Of a stretch of 64,000 nt of DNA, positions 23,754-38,100 are shown one piece after another. The notes beneath the pieces were generated by a model, which saw only the letters and a list, made by a program, of their open reading frames with translations, searched no databases and was not told the origin of the DNA. This DNA is from Mytilus trossulus. Its lineage: Eukaryota. Numbering within the stretch: position 1 is the stretch's first letter; each line of letters begins with the position of its first letter. A program made the position numbers and the translations under genes. The stretch is taken from assembly GCF_036588685.1 (NCBI RefSeq), contig NC_086381.1, forward strand, positions 17,298,001-17,362,000. Direction: 5' to 3'.

Positions 23754-26700
23754 TCTTTTCTTTTTTTTTGCATAGTAAGAGATCATTGAAATAATAACGA
23801 CAAGTATTCCGAAAACAGCTAAGTGGAAAAAAAGCGATACCTTAGTAAAAAAATATTGACAAATATAAATTTTAGTGTTGCTTCAACGGTTTTAGTACTT
23901 TGCTATTGTATATCAATATATAGAACACTAAACAGTAAATTTGATTTTTACAATTCTAGAGTATTCATACAGAGAGGCGAAATATATCAAAAGGACAAAA
24001 AGTCGAAAATAAAGATTTCAGTGTAAAATATAACACTTTGAATGAGCTTTTTTTCACTTAAAAAGATGTCATCGGATATATATAAGACTAAACATTTGTG
24101 CCAGGTATCAAACAAACAAAAACTTGTTGGCCTCAGGATAATTGTCATAATTTTCTTTAAATTCTTTCAATCATTCAACATTTTTATACTCTTTGTCCCA
24201 TGATTCCTGAAAAAAATGTCTGCTTTTGCATTAATAAGATTGCTACACGGTGGCCAATATACTGGAATTCTATTTACATTAAAAAGGTGAATAAATCCCA
24301 AAATGAATATCTCATAATGATTTTGAAACTTGAAAGAAGAAATATTTACAACAATTACTAAACCCAAAAATCTTTTCTTACAAAAGGAATTATTAAATCA
24401 AAATCAGTAACATCGTTTTTCTCACACAAGTTATTTGATAAAGGTATTAATAAGAAATGCAAATTTTTCAATTTATTTGCACCACTTAATTCAAACCTTG
24501 TCATGTTGTTCAAAACAATTTGACAGATTTAAATTAATTTTCTTATTGCCAAGAAGTTCTTTATATTTTGCATATTTATTTATTTTTATTATAAAACTAA
24601 CAGTTAGCAAAAATTTAATTACAAGAGAGAGAATAAGAATCACTCTTTTGTGATGTAATATAACTGAGCATATTTGCTCGTTTGTGACTTTAAGTGCATA
24701 CTTTATTACATGAAAGTAGTTTTATAAGTACGTTTTTCTTCAAAGGGTAAATTCAATTATCTTACTGTTAATATAAGTCACATTGTTGACCGAATATAAT
24801 TTAGATATTTTCACACATTATTGTGTGTCTCGTGTCCAATACGGACTTTATTAAAGTCATATGAAACGAGTGAGTGGTGAAAAGTAATGTTTGTCCAATT
24901 CCTGAACCAATGCATGTGTGCATCATAAACTTAGTCCTCTGTGCACGATTTTATCATTATTTTCGCAAATATATCATATAATAGTCAATTTTTTTTCTCT
25001 CTGTTTGTTATGATTTAACTAATATGGCTGCTCATTAAAAGCCGTGTTTTGAAGCCGAATTTTACCGATTGTAACCTTATAGTAAACAAATCACAAAAAG
25101 CATGGGTATTGAGCACGTGTTTAACATGTATAATCAGATATTTGTTTATTTCAATGAAAGATCCATGCGTATTGTGGTCACCGGATTTTTACGAGGAGGG
25201 TTACGCTCGGGTCACTATGCATACGGAAAATATGTCGGCGAATTGCTTGCTGGAAGCAAGCAATTAAAAATAAGTAAACTTCTTCTAAATGTGGACAAAT
25301 TAAAGAATTTTCCTCAGAAAAAAAGTATATGTACATAAGTTGTATAATGAAAACTATCCATTTAGTTATAAAAAAAACATATGCATATTTTTTTTTTAAT
25401 TTGAGGTTTCTTAAGACTTTAACGAGTATGATCATGACACCTTGTTCAAATCAATTTTAATCCTATTACCTTGTGATTCCATGTTATAAATTTCTTAATA
25501 ACTAAACTGACACTTCATTTTGATTTTTACAGTTAGTAAGATTTGTGTAGCATGCCAGACAATTAGAATCACACGTTGTTTGAATGTGGTATACATTAAC
25601 CATGTTAACATATTTACTCGTTTGAACTGAAAAATAAGAATGTATCCTATGAAAATCAGTTTTATGACTATCTACATGTGTAACTTCAAAGTGTAAAATT
25701 ATACTTTCAACTGAAACAAAAAACACATTGTTGACCTCGTGCATTTTAGAATGTTCTATCTTTTAATCATTCCATGCTTATTTGTACATCTCGTGTCTCT
25801 TTTTATTGACTTTATTAACACGTGTATGCTCCTGACAGAAATATGAAAGAGTTCTTCTGAAATCGACGCACTAATTCTGCGATAGACATAACAAAATTGG
25901 TGACTAACAAACGGACAATTATTCTGTGTCTCACTAGACATTAACAATGAAAACCAAGGAGAAAACAAAGACTAAACGAGATTCTCTCAGATTTTTTAAG
26001 TCTTTATATAAATTGATAGTAAGATTTAAATGACCCAAGATTCCATGTACATTCGAAACTCTATAATTAGATGAAGAACAGCTTAATGTACGGAATATCT
26101 CTTTCATACTATGCAAGTGCCTATCAAATACTAATTAAATAGTGATGCATCAAAGTTTTGACTGACCGCAAAAGTAAAGACATCTGTAGAGAACATAATA
26201 TGTGTGTTAGTCAAACTGTAAAACAAATAAATATTTAGATCATTTATAAAGACCGTGAGAGTAATAAATATGTCTCATTGGCGATTTGCGATCAACATCA
26301 CCCATTGGAAAATCAAGTACTTCTAAACATAAAATTGAGAATACAGACTACCAAATTTTATTCAATATATTTACATAAGTTTATGATTATACAATTATTT
26401 TTGGCCCTTGGGAATCATATCAGCTATGTATAGATTGTGACCCGTCCCTGTCTTAAAAGTTTATTTGCATTCATGAGAAGCAATTTTTAAAGGCAGTGAC
26501 ACACCCGTTAGTTCGAATGAACACATCATTGTTCCGAGGGAGCACAGCGTGGCTCCCTACTGCTTTAGACAGCGCAGCATGGCTGCCGAACGAGTTAAAC
26601 TGACGGTGGTGATGAGACAACTGAATTCTTGGGCAAATAAATGAAATTTGGTTTATAGATCCAGACAATAAATTTTCATTAATATCCAAAAACTCAGATG

Positions 26701-26895
26701 AGAATCAACTGAGTGCCCGAAAGGATGATGAGATGTGGTTAAGCCTTCAATATATCAACGATAATTAACATGTTTCAAAGACAAGTAAAAATTAACCGCG
26801 TAAGCTAAAAATAAAGTGTATTAATATACATAAGGAAACAATCCTATATAACACAATGAGTATATACAAATATAAAAATAAATTTACGACTCAGT

Positions 26896-27801
26896 TTAAC
26901 TTTGTTGAGCATATTTGATAGAAGTTGGGGGAATTTTGATATATCTACGATAAATATCTGATTTTCATCGACCAAGTACTTTGATCATATGATCTTCTTC
27001 GCGTGCTTTCCATGCAATAGTTGCGGAACTAGATCTGAACGAATGACCATTATACAAGTTTGGTTCATAACTGCAAAGGTCTAAAATATTCTTCAATTTC
27101 ACTAGAAAAAAATTGTCTTGTTAAAGCTTCCCTTTTACCTGTTATAAAAAGCGGATCAGATGGAATTCCAAATTCAGAATGCCTAAATATATATCTCTTT
27201 ATAGCCAAAAAGGGCAGATAGAGTTATTTATTTTAAAAAGCTTCATATCTATTCCCTTTCGGAATGGATCAGTTTTAGATTCTTTAAGTCTCAGAATAGC
27301 ATAATCAATCTTTAAAATAATATCAGATATGCACAAGCTAGTTAGAGGGTCAAACTTATCAACATTCATGACGGTAAATTCTCCACATCTCAAAAAGGCA
27401 AAAAACGCAACTTTCCATGTTGTTTCTATCAAACAATCAATATATTTATCAAACACGCCTCTTCTCATTCTGAAGCAGATTGCCTGTAAAATTGGAAAAG
27501 TATTCGGCAACCTTATTCTAGTTTGTGAGCCTTGTATGCGTTTAACAGATTTTAAAATCAGAGTGAGTCTTGGTAAAAATTCGCCATGAGGCGTTTCTAA
27601 AGGATCATGATATCCTGACTTCGAATAAGCATGTTTTATACCACATGAGTAAATTTTTATAGTAGTGTGTTTGAGTTTCAAAACTTTAAAGCAATGTTTT
27701 ATAAAAAAAAAAGAGGAGAACGTCCTCTGATATAAGAGGTAGATCGTGTGAATTACATGTAATACCATTTAGCAACAAAAATCTGACAAAGTGAGAAAAC
27801 C
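26896..27801 (-). pseudogene. Tyrosine recombinase 3' fragment, duplicated copy 1
   Basis: AFFAFLRCGEF, SKTDPFRKG, and after frameshift YNGHSFR..LGR*KSD..RYI; truncated at the triplication junction. Confidence 0.85.
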
Positions 27802-30500
27802 GTTCCGTGATTCCTGAAAAAAATGTCTGCTTTTGCATTAATAAGATTGCTACACGGTGGCCAATATACTGGAATTCTATTTACATTACAAAGGTGAATA
27901 AATCCCAAAATGAATATCTCATAATGATTTTGAAACTTGAAAGAAGAAATATTTACAACAATTACTAAACCCAAAAATCTTTTCTTACAAAAGGAATTAT
28001 TAAATCAACATCAGTAACATCGTTTTTCTCACACAAGTTATTTAATAAAGGTATTAATAAGAAATGCAAATTTTTCAATTTATTTGCACCACTTAATTCA
28101 AACTTTGTCATGTTGTTCAAAACAATTTGACAGATTTAAATTATTTTTCTTATTTCCAAGAAGTTCTCGATATTTTGCATATTTAGTTTTTTTTACTATA
28201 AAACTAACAGTTAGCAAAATTTTAATTACAAGAGAGAGAGAATAAGAATCACTCTTTTGTGATGTAATATAACTGAGCATATTTGCTCGTTTGTGACTTT
28301 AAGTGCATACTTTATTACATGAAAGTAGTTTTATAAGTACGTTTTTCTTCAAAGGGTAAATTCAATTATCTTACTGTTAATATAAGTCACATTGTTGACC
28401 GAATATAATTTAGATATTTTCACACATTATTGTGTGTCTCGTGTCCAATACGGACTTTAATAAAGTCACGAGTGAGTGGTGAAAAATAATGTTTGTCCAA
28501 TTCCTGAACCAATGCATGTGTGCATCAGAAACTTAGTCCTCTGTGCAAGATTTTATCATTATTTTCGCAAATATATCATATAATAGTCAATTTTTTTTCT
28601 CTCTGTTTGTTATGATTTAACTAATATGGCTGCTCATTAAAAAGCCGTGTTTTGAAGCCGAATTTTACCGATTGTAACCTTATAGTAAACAAATCACAAA
28701 AAGCATGGGTATTGAGCACGTGTTTAACATGTATAATCAGATATTTGTTTATTTCAATGAAAGATCCATGCGTATTGTGGTCACCGGATTTTTACGAGGA
28801 GGGTTACGCTCGGGTCACTATGCATACGGAAAATATGTCGGCGAATTGCTTGCTGGAAGCAAGCAATTAAAAATAAGTAAACTTCTTCTAAATGTGGACA
28901 AATTAAAGAATTTTCCTCAGAAAAAAGTATATGTACATAAGTTGTATAATGAAAACTATCCATTTAGTTATAAAAAAAACATATGCATATTTTTTTTTTA
29001 ATTTGAGGTTTCTTAAGACTTTAACGAGTATGATCATGACACCTTGTTCAAATCAATTTTAATCCTATTACCTTGTGATTCCATGTTATAAATTTCTTAA
29101 TAACTAAACTGACACTTCATTTTGATTTTTACAGTTAGTAAGATTTGTGTAGCATGCCAGACAATTAGAATCACACGTTGTTTGAATGTGGTATACATTA
29201 ACCATGTTAACATATTTACTCGTTTGAACTGAAAAACAAGAATGTATCACATGAAAATCAGTTTTATGACTATCTACATGTGTAACCTCAAAGTGTAAAA
29301 TTATTTTTTCAACTGAAACAAAAAACACATTGTTGACCTCGTGCATTTTAGAATGTTCTATCTTTTAATCATTCCATGCTTATTTGTACATCTCATGTCT
29401 CTTTTTATTGACTTTATTAACACGTGTATGCTCCTGACAGAAATATGAAAGAGTTCTTCTGAAATCGACGCACTAATTCTACGATAGACATAACAAAATT
29501 GGTGACTAACAAACGGACAATTATTCTGTGTCTCACTAGACATTAACAATGAAAACCAAGGAGAAAACAAAGACTAAACGAGATTCTCTCAGATTTTTTA
29601 AGTCTTTATATAAATTGATAGTAAGATTTAAATGACCCAAGATTCCATGTACATTCGAAACTCTATAATTAGATGAAGAACAGCTTAATGTCCGGAATAT
29701 CTCTTTCATACTATGCAAGTGCCTATCAAATACTAATTAAATAGTGATACATCAAAGTTTTGACTGACCGCAAAAGTAAAGACATCTGTAGAGAACATAA
29801 TATGTGTGTTAGTCAAACTGTAAAACAAATAAATATTTAGATCATTTATAAAGACCGTGAGAGTAATAAATATGTCTCATTGGCGATTTGCGATCAACAT
29901 CACCCATTGGAAAATCAAGTACTTCTGAACATAAAATTGAGAATACAGACTGCCAAATTTTATTCAATATATTTACATAAGTTTATGATTATACAATTAT
30001 TTTTGGCCCTTGGGAATCATCTCAGCTATGTATAGATTGTGACCCGTCCCAGCTGTCTTAAAAGTTTATTTGCATTCATGAGAAGCAATTTTTAAAGGCA
30101 GTGACACACCCGTTAGTTCGAATGAACACATCATTGTTCCGAGGGAGCACAGCGTGGCTCCCTACTGCTTTAGACAGCGCAGCATGGCTGCCGAACGAGT
30201 TAAACTGACGGTGGTGATGAGACAACTGAATTCTTGGGCAAATAAATGAAATTTGGTTTATAGATCCAGACAATAAATTTTCATTAATATCCAAAAACTC
30301 AGATGAGAATCAACTGAGTGCCCGAAAGGATGATGAGATGTGGTTAAGCCTTCAATATATCAACGATAATTAACATGTTTCAAAGACAAGTAAAAATTAA
30401 CCGCGTAAGCTAAAAATAAAGTGTATTAATATACATAAGGAAACAATCCTATATAACACAATGAGTATATACAAATATAAAAATAAATTTACGACTCAGT

Positions 30501-31406
30501 TTAACTTTGTTGAGCATATTTGATAGAAGTTGGGGGAATTTTGATATATCTACGATAAATATCTGATTTTCATCGACCAAGTACTTTGATCATATGATCT
30601 TCTTCGCGTGCTTTCCATGCAATAGTTGCGGAACTAGATCTGAACGAATGACCATTATACAAGTTTGGTTCATAACTGCAAAGGTCTAAAATATTCTTCA
30701 ATTTCACTAGAAAAAAATTGTCTTGTTAAAGCTTCCCTTTTACCTGTTATAAAAAGCGGATCAGATGGAATTCCAAATTCAGAATGCCTAAATATATATC
30801 TCTTTATAGCCAAAAAGGGCAGATAGAGTTATTTATTTTAAAAAGCTTCATATCTATTCCCTTTCGGAATGGATCAGTTTTAGATTCTTTAAGTCTCAGA
30901 ATAGCATAATCAATCTTTAAAATAATATCAGATATGCACAAGCTAGTTAGAGGGTCAAACTTATCAACATTCATGACGGTAAATTCTCCACATCTCAAAA
31001 AGGCAAAAAACGCAACTTTCCATGTTGTTTCTATCAAACAATCAATATATTTATCAAACACGCCTCTTCTCATTCTGAAGCAGATTGCCTGTAAAATTGG
31101 AAAAGTATTCGGCAACCTTATTCTAGTTTGTGAGCCTTGTATGCGTTTAACAGATTTTAAAATCAGAGTGAGTCTTGGTAAAAATTCGCCATGAGGCGTT
31201 TCTAAAGGATCATGATATCCTGACTTCGAATAAGCATGTTTTATACCACATGAGTAAATTTTTATAGTAGTGTGTTTGAGTTTCAAAACTTTAAAACAAT
31301 GTTCTATAAAAAAAAAAGAGGAGAACGTCCTCTGATATAAGAGGTAGATCCTGTGAATTACATGTAATACCATTTAGCAACAAAAATCTGACAAAGTGAG
31401 AAAACC
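30501..31406 (-). pseudogene. Tyrosine recombinase 3' fragment, duplicated copy 2
   Basis: Same motifs and lesions as copy 1. Confidence 0.85.
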
Positions 31407-33659
31407 GTTCCATGATTCCTGAAAAAAATGTCTGCTTTTGCATTAATAAGATTGCTACACGGTGGCCAATATACTGGAATTCTATTTACATTACAAAGGT
31501 GAATAAATCCCAAAATGAATATCTCATAATGATTTTGAAACTTGAAAGAAGAAATATTTACAACAATTACTAAACCCAAAAATCTTTTCTTACAAAAGGA
31601 ATTATTAAATCAACATCAGTAACATCGTTTTTCTCACACAAGTTATTTAATAAAGGTATTAATAAGAAATGCAAATTTTTCAATTTATTTGCACCACTTA
31701 ATTCAAACTTTGTCATGTTGTTCAAAACAATTTGACAGATTTAAATTATTTTTCTTATTTCCAAGAAGTTTTCGATATTTTGCATATTTAGTTTTTTTTA
31801 CTATAAAACTAACAGTTAGCAAAAATTTAATTACAAGAGAGAGAGAATAAGAATCACTCTTTTGTGATGTAATATAACTGAGCATATTTGCTCGTTTGTG
31901 ACTTTAAGTGCATACTTTATTACATGAAAGTAGTTTTATAAGTACGTTTTTCTTCAAAGGGTAAATTCAATTATCTTACTGTTAATATAAGTCACATTGT
32001 TGACCGAATATAATTTAGATATTTTCACACATTATTGTGTGTCTCGTGTCCAATACGGACTTTAATAAAGTCACGAGTGAGTGGTGAAAAATAATGTTTG
32101 TCCAATTCCTGAACCAATGCATGTGTGCATCAGAAACTTAGTCCTCTGTGCACGATTTTATCATTATTTTCGCAAATATATCATATAATAGTCAATTTTT
32201 TTTCTCTCTGTTTGTTATGATTTAACTAATATGGCTGCTCATTAAAAGCCGTGTTTTGAAGCCGAATTTTACCGATTGTAACCTTATAGTAAACAAATCA
32301 CAAAAAGCATGGGTATTGAGCACGTGTTTAACATGTATAATCAAATATTTGTTTATTTCAATGAAAGATCCATGCGTATTGTGGTCACCGGATTTTTACG
32401 AGGAGGGTTACGCTCGGGTCACTATGCATACGGAAAATATGTCGGCGAATTGCTTGCTGGAAGCAAGCAATTAAAAATAAGTAAACTTCTTCTAAATGTG
32501 GACAAATTAAAGAATTTTCCTCAGAAAAAGTATATGTACATAAGTTGTATAATGAAAACTATCCATTTAGTTATAAAAAAAACATATGCATATTTTTTTT
32601 TTAATTTGAGGTTTCTTAAGACTTTAACGAGTATGATCATGACACCTTGTTCAAATCAATTTTAATCCTATTACCTTGTGATTCCATGTTATAAATTTCT
32701 TAATAACTAAACTGACACTTCATTTTGATTTTTACAGTTAGTAAGATTTGTGTAGCATGCCAGACAATTAGAATCACACGTTGTTTGAATGTGGTATACA
32801 TTAACCATGTTAACATATTTACTCGTTTGAACTGAAAAACAAGAATGTATCACATGAAAATCAGTTTTATGACTATCTACATGTGTAACCTCAAAGTGTA
32901 AAATTATTTTTTCAACTGAAACAAAAAACACATTGTTGACCTCGTGCATTTTAGAATGTTCTATCTTTTAATCATTCCATGCTTATTTGTACATCTCGTG
33001 TCTCTTTTTATTGACTTTATTAACACGTGTATGCTCCTGACAGAAATATGAAAGAGTTCTTCTGAAATCGACGCACTAATTCTACGATAGACATAACAAA
33101 ATTGGTGACTAACAAACGGACAATTATTCTGTGTCTCACTAGACATTAACAATGAAAACCAAGGAGAAAACAAAGACTAAACGAGATTCCCTCAGATTTT
33201 TTAAGTCTTTATATAAATTGATAGTAAGATTTAAATGACCCAAGATTCCATGTACATTCGAAACTCTATAATAAGACGAAGAACAGCTTAATGTCCGGAA
33301 TATCTCTTTCATACTATGCACGTGCCTATCAAATACTAATTAAATAGTGATACATCAAAGTTTTGACTGACCGCAAAAGTAAAGACATCTGTAGAGAACA
33401 TAATATGTGTGTGAGTCAAACTGTAAAATAAATAAATATTTAGATCATTTATAAAGACCGTGAGAGTAATGAATATGTCTCATTGGCGATTTGCGGTCAA
33501 CATCACCCATTGGAAAATCAAGTACTTCTAAACATAAAATTGAGAATACAGACTACCAAATTTTATTCAATATATTTACATAAGTTTATGATTATACAAT
33601 TATTTTTGGCCCTTGGGAATCATCTCAGCTATGTATAGATTGTGACCCGTCCCTGTCTT

Positions 33660-36600
33660 AAAAGTTTATTTGCATTCATGAGAAGCAATTTTTAAAGGCA
33701 GTGACACACCCGTTAGTTCGAATGAACACATCATTGTTCCGAGGGAGCACAGCGTGGCTCCCTACTGCTTTAGACAGCGCAGCATGGCTGCCGATCGAGT
33801 TAAACTGACGGTGGTGATGAGACAACTGAATTCTTGGGCGAATAAATGAAATTTGGTTTATAGATCCAGACAATAAATTTTCATTAATGTCCAAAACCTC
33901 AGATGAGAATCAACTGAGTGCCCGAAAGGATGATGTGATGTGGTTAAGCCTTCAATATATCAACGATAATTAACATGTTTCAAAGACAAGTAAAAATTAA
34001 CCGCGTAAGCTAAAAATAAAGTGTATTAATATACATAAGGAAACAATCCTATATAACACAATGAGTATATACAAATATAAAAATAAATTTACGACTCAGT
34101 TTAACTTTGTTGAGCATATTTGATAGAATTTGGGGGAATTTTGATATATCTACGATAAATATCTGATTTTCATCGACCAAGTACTTTGATCATATGATCT
34201 TCTTCGCGTGCTTTCCATGCAATAGTTGCGGAACTAGATCTGAACGAATGACCATTATACAAGTTTGGTTCATAACTGCAAAGGTCTAAAATATTCTTCA
34301 ATTTCACTAGAAAAAAATTGTCTTGTTAAAGCTTCCCTTTTACCTGTTATAAAAAGCGGATCAGATGGAATTCCAAATTCAGAATGCCTAAATATATATC
34401 TCTTTATAGCCAAAAAGGGCAGATAGAGTTATTTATTTTAAAAAGCTTCATATCTATTCCCTTTCGGAATGGATCAGTTTTAGATTCTTTAAGTCTCAGA
34501 ATAGCATAATCAATCTTTAAAATAATATCAGATATGCACAAGCTAGTTAGAGGGTCAAACTTATCAACATTCATGACGGTAAATTCTCCACATCTCAAAA
34601 AGGCAAAAAACGCAACTGTCCATGTTGTTTCTATCAAACAATCAATATATTTATCAAACACGCCTCTTCTCATTCTGAAGCAGATTGCCTGTAAAATTGG
34701 AAAAGTATTCGGCAACCTTATTCTAGTTTGTGAGCCTTGTATGCGTTTAACAGATTTTAAAATCAGAGTGAGTCTTGGTAAACATTCGCCATGAGGCGTT
34801 TCTAAAGGATCATGATATCCTGACTTCGAATAAGCATGTTTTATACCACATGAGTAAATTTTTATAGTAGTGTGTTTGAGTTTCAAAACTTTAAAGCAAT
34901 GTTTTATAAAAAAAAAAAAGAGGAGAACGTCCTCTGATATAAGAGGTAGATCGTGTGAATTACATGTAATACCATTTAGCAACAAAAATCTGACAAAGTG
35001 AGAAAACCCTATATTATACAAAGGTCTTGTTGAGTTAGAAACAGCATGTGTCCATAATTGTTTGACTGTTTCATTCAACACCACTTCGTAAACACTCTGG
35101 CAGTTGTGTGGCAGCTTTTTTGCATGTGGAGCGAAGCAAACGAAATAAAGCGTCACTAATGTTATTTTTACGACCCTCAATATGTTTTGCAGTTACCTGG
35201 AAGTTGTTTACACATGCTCACCACGTTAACTGTCGCATAAGCTTCATAATTTTGATACATTTTGATCTTCCCTTTTTTAACAATTGCTACAGTCGCCTCA
35301 TTGTCACATTATCGTTTATTAAAGAAGGTAATTCTTTTGGCCATGTCGAGCAAAACCATTTTTCTTGATAATAACCTCCGTACACAATTGTAGAAGAGGC
35401 ATCATGCAGTTTATAGTTCCAAATCGAAATTAGAAGTGTATAATTCTAACATGTTTATTCCGTTCCAATTGTGTAGAAATCGGTGCCAAAATTCTAGGTC
35501 AACTCGAAATTCCTTGCGCAAATTGACATAGAAATGAAATTCTTTTTCCTTCGTGGATAATTTTATAAGATTGGAAACAAAAGATTTACCTGTCAACACG
35601 TGATGCAAAGTTTAAATGGCCTAAATGTTGAAGTAATTCTCTTTTCGTACATGTAGTCTTTTGAATTATGGAAATTATAATTGCAAATTCTTTCAACTTT
35701 GTTTGCAGGTAGAACATTTAATCGGATAAATAGCATGGTCGAACTCTGAAGGGTCAGCAGTAAGGAAGTCATCTAGTAAATGTAGAATATGTTTAACTTT
35801 GTTATTATGTTCTGCTTTAAAACAAATCGCTGTAGAGATATTATCAAAACATTTTGAGCTACTTCAGCATCAGAATGACAATCGCACATAAAAATAATAG
35901 AGATTCCCATTTAAAACAAAATAATGGTCATTGATTCGGGAGCACTGGATATATTTTAAATGCATTTTTAATGTCGAACTTTCCCTTTCCCTGTATTTAG
36001 TAATGAGACGAATTGCGTCATCTATCTTAACATACGACAAAGAGCACAAATCTTTGTCTATAAGATTGTTGATGCTAACGTGTGTATCGTTGTGCGGTGC
36101 GGACAAGTCTAAAATCAGTCGCTTTTTGAAAGAATATTTACCCTCTGCAACTCCTAACGGACTTGCTCGATAATCATCAAAAGGTAGTTTTTCAAACGGA
36201 CCATAAACGAAACCGTTACATAGTTCTTTGTTAATAAGATCTGAAACTGTATCTTTCTGTGACCTAGCGCTTAAATCATTTCTACATCATTTTGTTTTAA
36301 TGTTATCATATTTATTCATAGTATCAAAGCCATATTGTAACCCATTACATAAATAATCAACGAAATGTTTGTCGAGATAATTCATTAGTTGATTTTCAAA
36401 CTGTTTGACATTGACCGAGGTTGTACCGTGCATATCAAATTTAGTTAGTCGCATTTTACGAGATGTCTAAGGAGTTTCTTTGTCAATCGGAGGTGTCTGA
36501 TTGGATGAAAAAGTTGTTGATGGACGTTTTCCACATAGAGCCTGTAAATGTCCTGGCGAACGGCATTTGGTGCAAACATGTAAGAAAGAACAGGTGCGTT

Positions 36601-37400
36601 TTTGACACCCTCTGAATCTATTAAAGTTATTACAAATCTCTTTGCCGTTGGGTAAACAAATAAGTTGGGTAACAGTAACTCGTAAAGCATTGAGACATAG
36701 ACACGAAAGCATTACATATGTTGCTCATCGGAATAGCATCCGGATCTGGATTGATGATTGGGTGTTGCTCCGGGGGAATTGTTGAGTTCCGATATCTCGA
36801 AAAACTAATAACATTTACTTCTGATACATTTTCAATTACGGTTGCCTCCTTTCGTTTGGATTTGATATTACTATTAAATAATTTCTATATCCATCCCCTT
36901 TAATTATTGGATGAGTTTTGTCTTACTCCACGTGGATGGGTCCTCGCTAGAGTCTACAGGCGTACGTTCGTAATGCATTTTTCTTTTCGGTTGTCTCTTC
37001 GACTTTCTGGTAGCCATAATGTTGATAATGGAACTTGATTATAATGTTACAATAAAAAGTTATCACGTGTGAAAAAGGAATACAAATATCCAAGTTAACT
37101 TGACTTAAATCCAAGTTTCTTAAATCCAAGGAAGGAAACTAAATCGAAGCTTAAAGTTCCAATCTAGATGACAACTAATTTAAAAGTCTTATATAAAAGT
37201 CTAAATAGTAGAATAAAAGAATAGTACTGTTATGGTATAGCACAATTAAAGTTAATATTTGCTTCACAATATAAAATACCGCCCTTCTATCCAAACAGAA
37301 TAACGAAGATGAGTTCTGCCACGTGTATCTCTTCTTGATAAGGAACAACCAATAAGAGAAGCACATGCAGACACGAGCTTCTTTACACGAATAAACCATT
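33660..37400 (-). mobile_element. Degenerate DIRS/Ngaro-type tyrosine-recombinase retrotransposon
   Basis: Order gag zinc finger (ICNNFN..GC..C.FLHVC..C...GH, 36467-36712), RT fragments (SAPH..SINNLIDKDLCSLSYVKIDDAI), RNase H region (DLEFWHRFLHNWNG), then YR; many frameshifts; outer boundaries approximate. Confidence 0.85.
34101..35180 (-). pseudogene. Tyrosine recombinase of the DIRS-type element (longest copy)
   Basis: N-terminal region plus LRCGEF, SKTD, HSFR, LGR(W to stop) and RYI catalytic motifs; frameshift near 34404. Confidence 0.88.
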
Positions 37401-37812
37401 TCTAAATTATATGTAGATAACATTTCTAAATAACAGCAGTCACAATATGAATATTTTATTTTGTGGATCCATTGACAAATGTCAAAAAGGTAAATGTTAC
37501 GTTCAATGGGAGAGGATTAAAAATTTAATTATAACGGTCTTTGTTTATTATTTGGTTTCTAAATATAGTTGTGTCAAAGTTTTTAAACTTACTGGGAAAC
37601 TGTTTGTCTTTTTAAAAGGTTGTAAAGTTAATAGTGTTGGAAAATATTTAAACATTTATAAATTTCGTGTATCTAACTTATTAAAAGCGATTTACTGGAT
37701 TCCTCCATCTAAAGTACTCGAAACCAAAACAGTTGAAGACCTTAAAGTAATAACTTACTCCATCTTAGGTGAAACCCTTGTTTTTTGATCCTCTTGGAAT
37801 TGATAAAAGACA

Positions 37813-38100
37813 AATAAAGGCAACAGTAGTATACCGCTGTTCAAAACTCGTAAATCTATGGACAAAAAACAAAATCGAGGTAACAAACTAAAACTGATGG
37901 AAACGCATTAAATATAAGAGGAGATTAACGACACAACATTAAAATGCAACACACACAGAAACGAAATAAGCATTAGACAAAATCCGATGAGAATAACAAA
38001 TATAACATCAAAACCAAATGCATGAATTTGGGATAGAAAAGTACGGTGACACGTCTTATAGTATGTGAATTCGAACTCAAATATAAGAGAAAACTTAACT
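37813..38100 (+). repeat. Dispersed repeat family R3
   Basis: AAATAAAGGCAACAGTAGTATACCGCTGTTCAAAACTC; other copies at 2975-3058, about 40740-40775 and 53490-53590. Confidence 0.6.

Larger units (their letters stand above)
24195..35008. repeat. Tandem triplication of a 3.6 kb unit (24195-27801, 27802-31406, 31407-35008)
   Basis: Three near-identical head-to-tail copies; same junction AGAAAACC|GTTCC(G/A)TGATTCCTG at 27801/27802 and 31406/31407; ORF track repeats with 3.6 kb period. Confidence 0.95.

Noticed and set aside
25049-26116. Short ORFs recurring three times (also near 28652 and 32256), suggesting a conserved gene cluster
   Set aside because: Recurrence is due to the recent triplication; no recognisable domains, and ORF ends shift with homopolymer indels.
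33895-33935. CAGATGAG..CGAAA motif as a hammerhead in the DIRS 3' region
   Set aside because: Core is CAGATGA rather than CTGATGA, and no convincing stems I and III or cleavage triplet were found.
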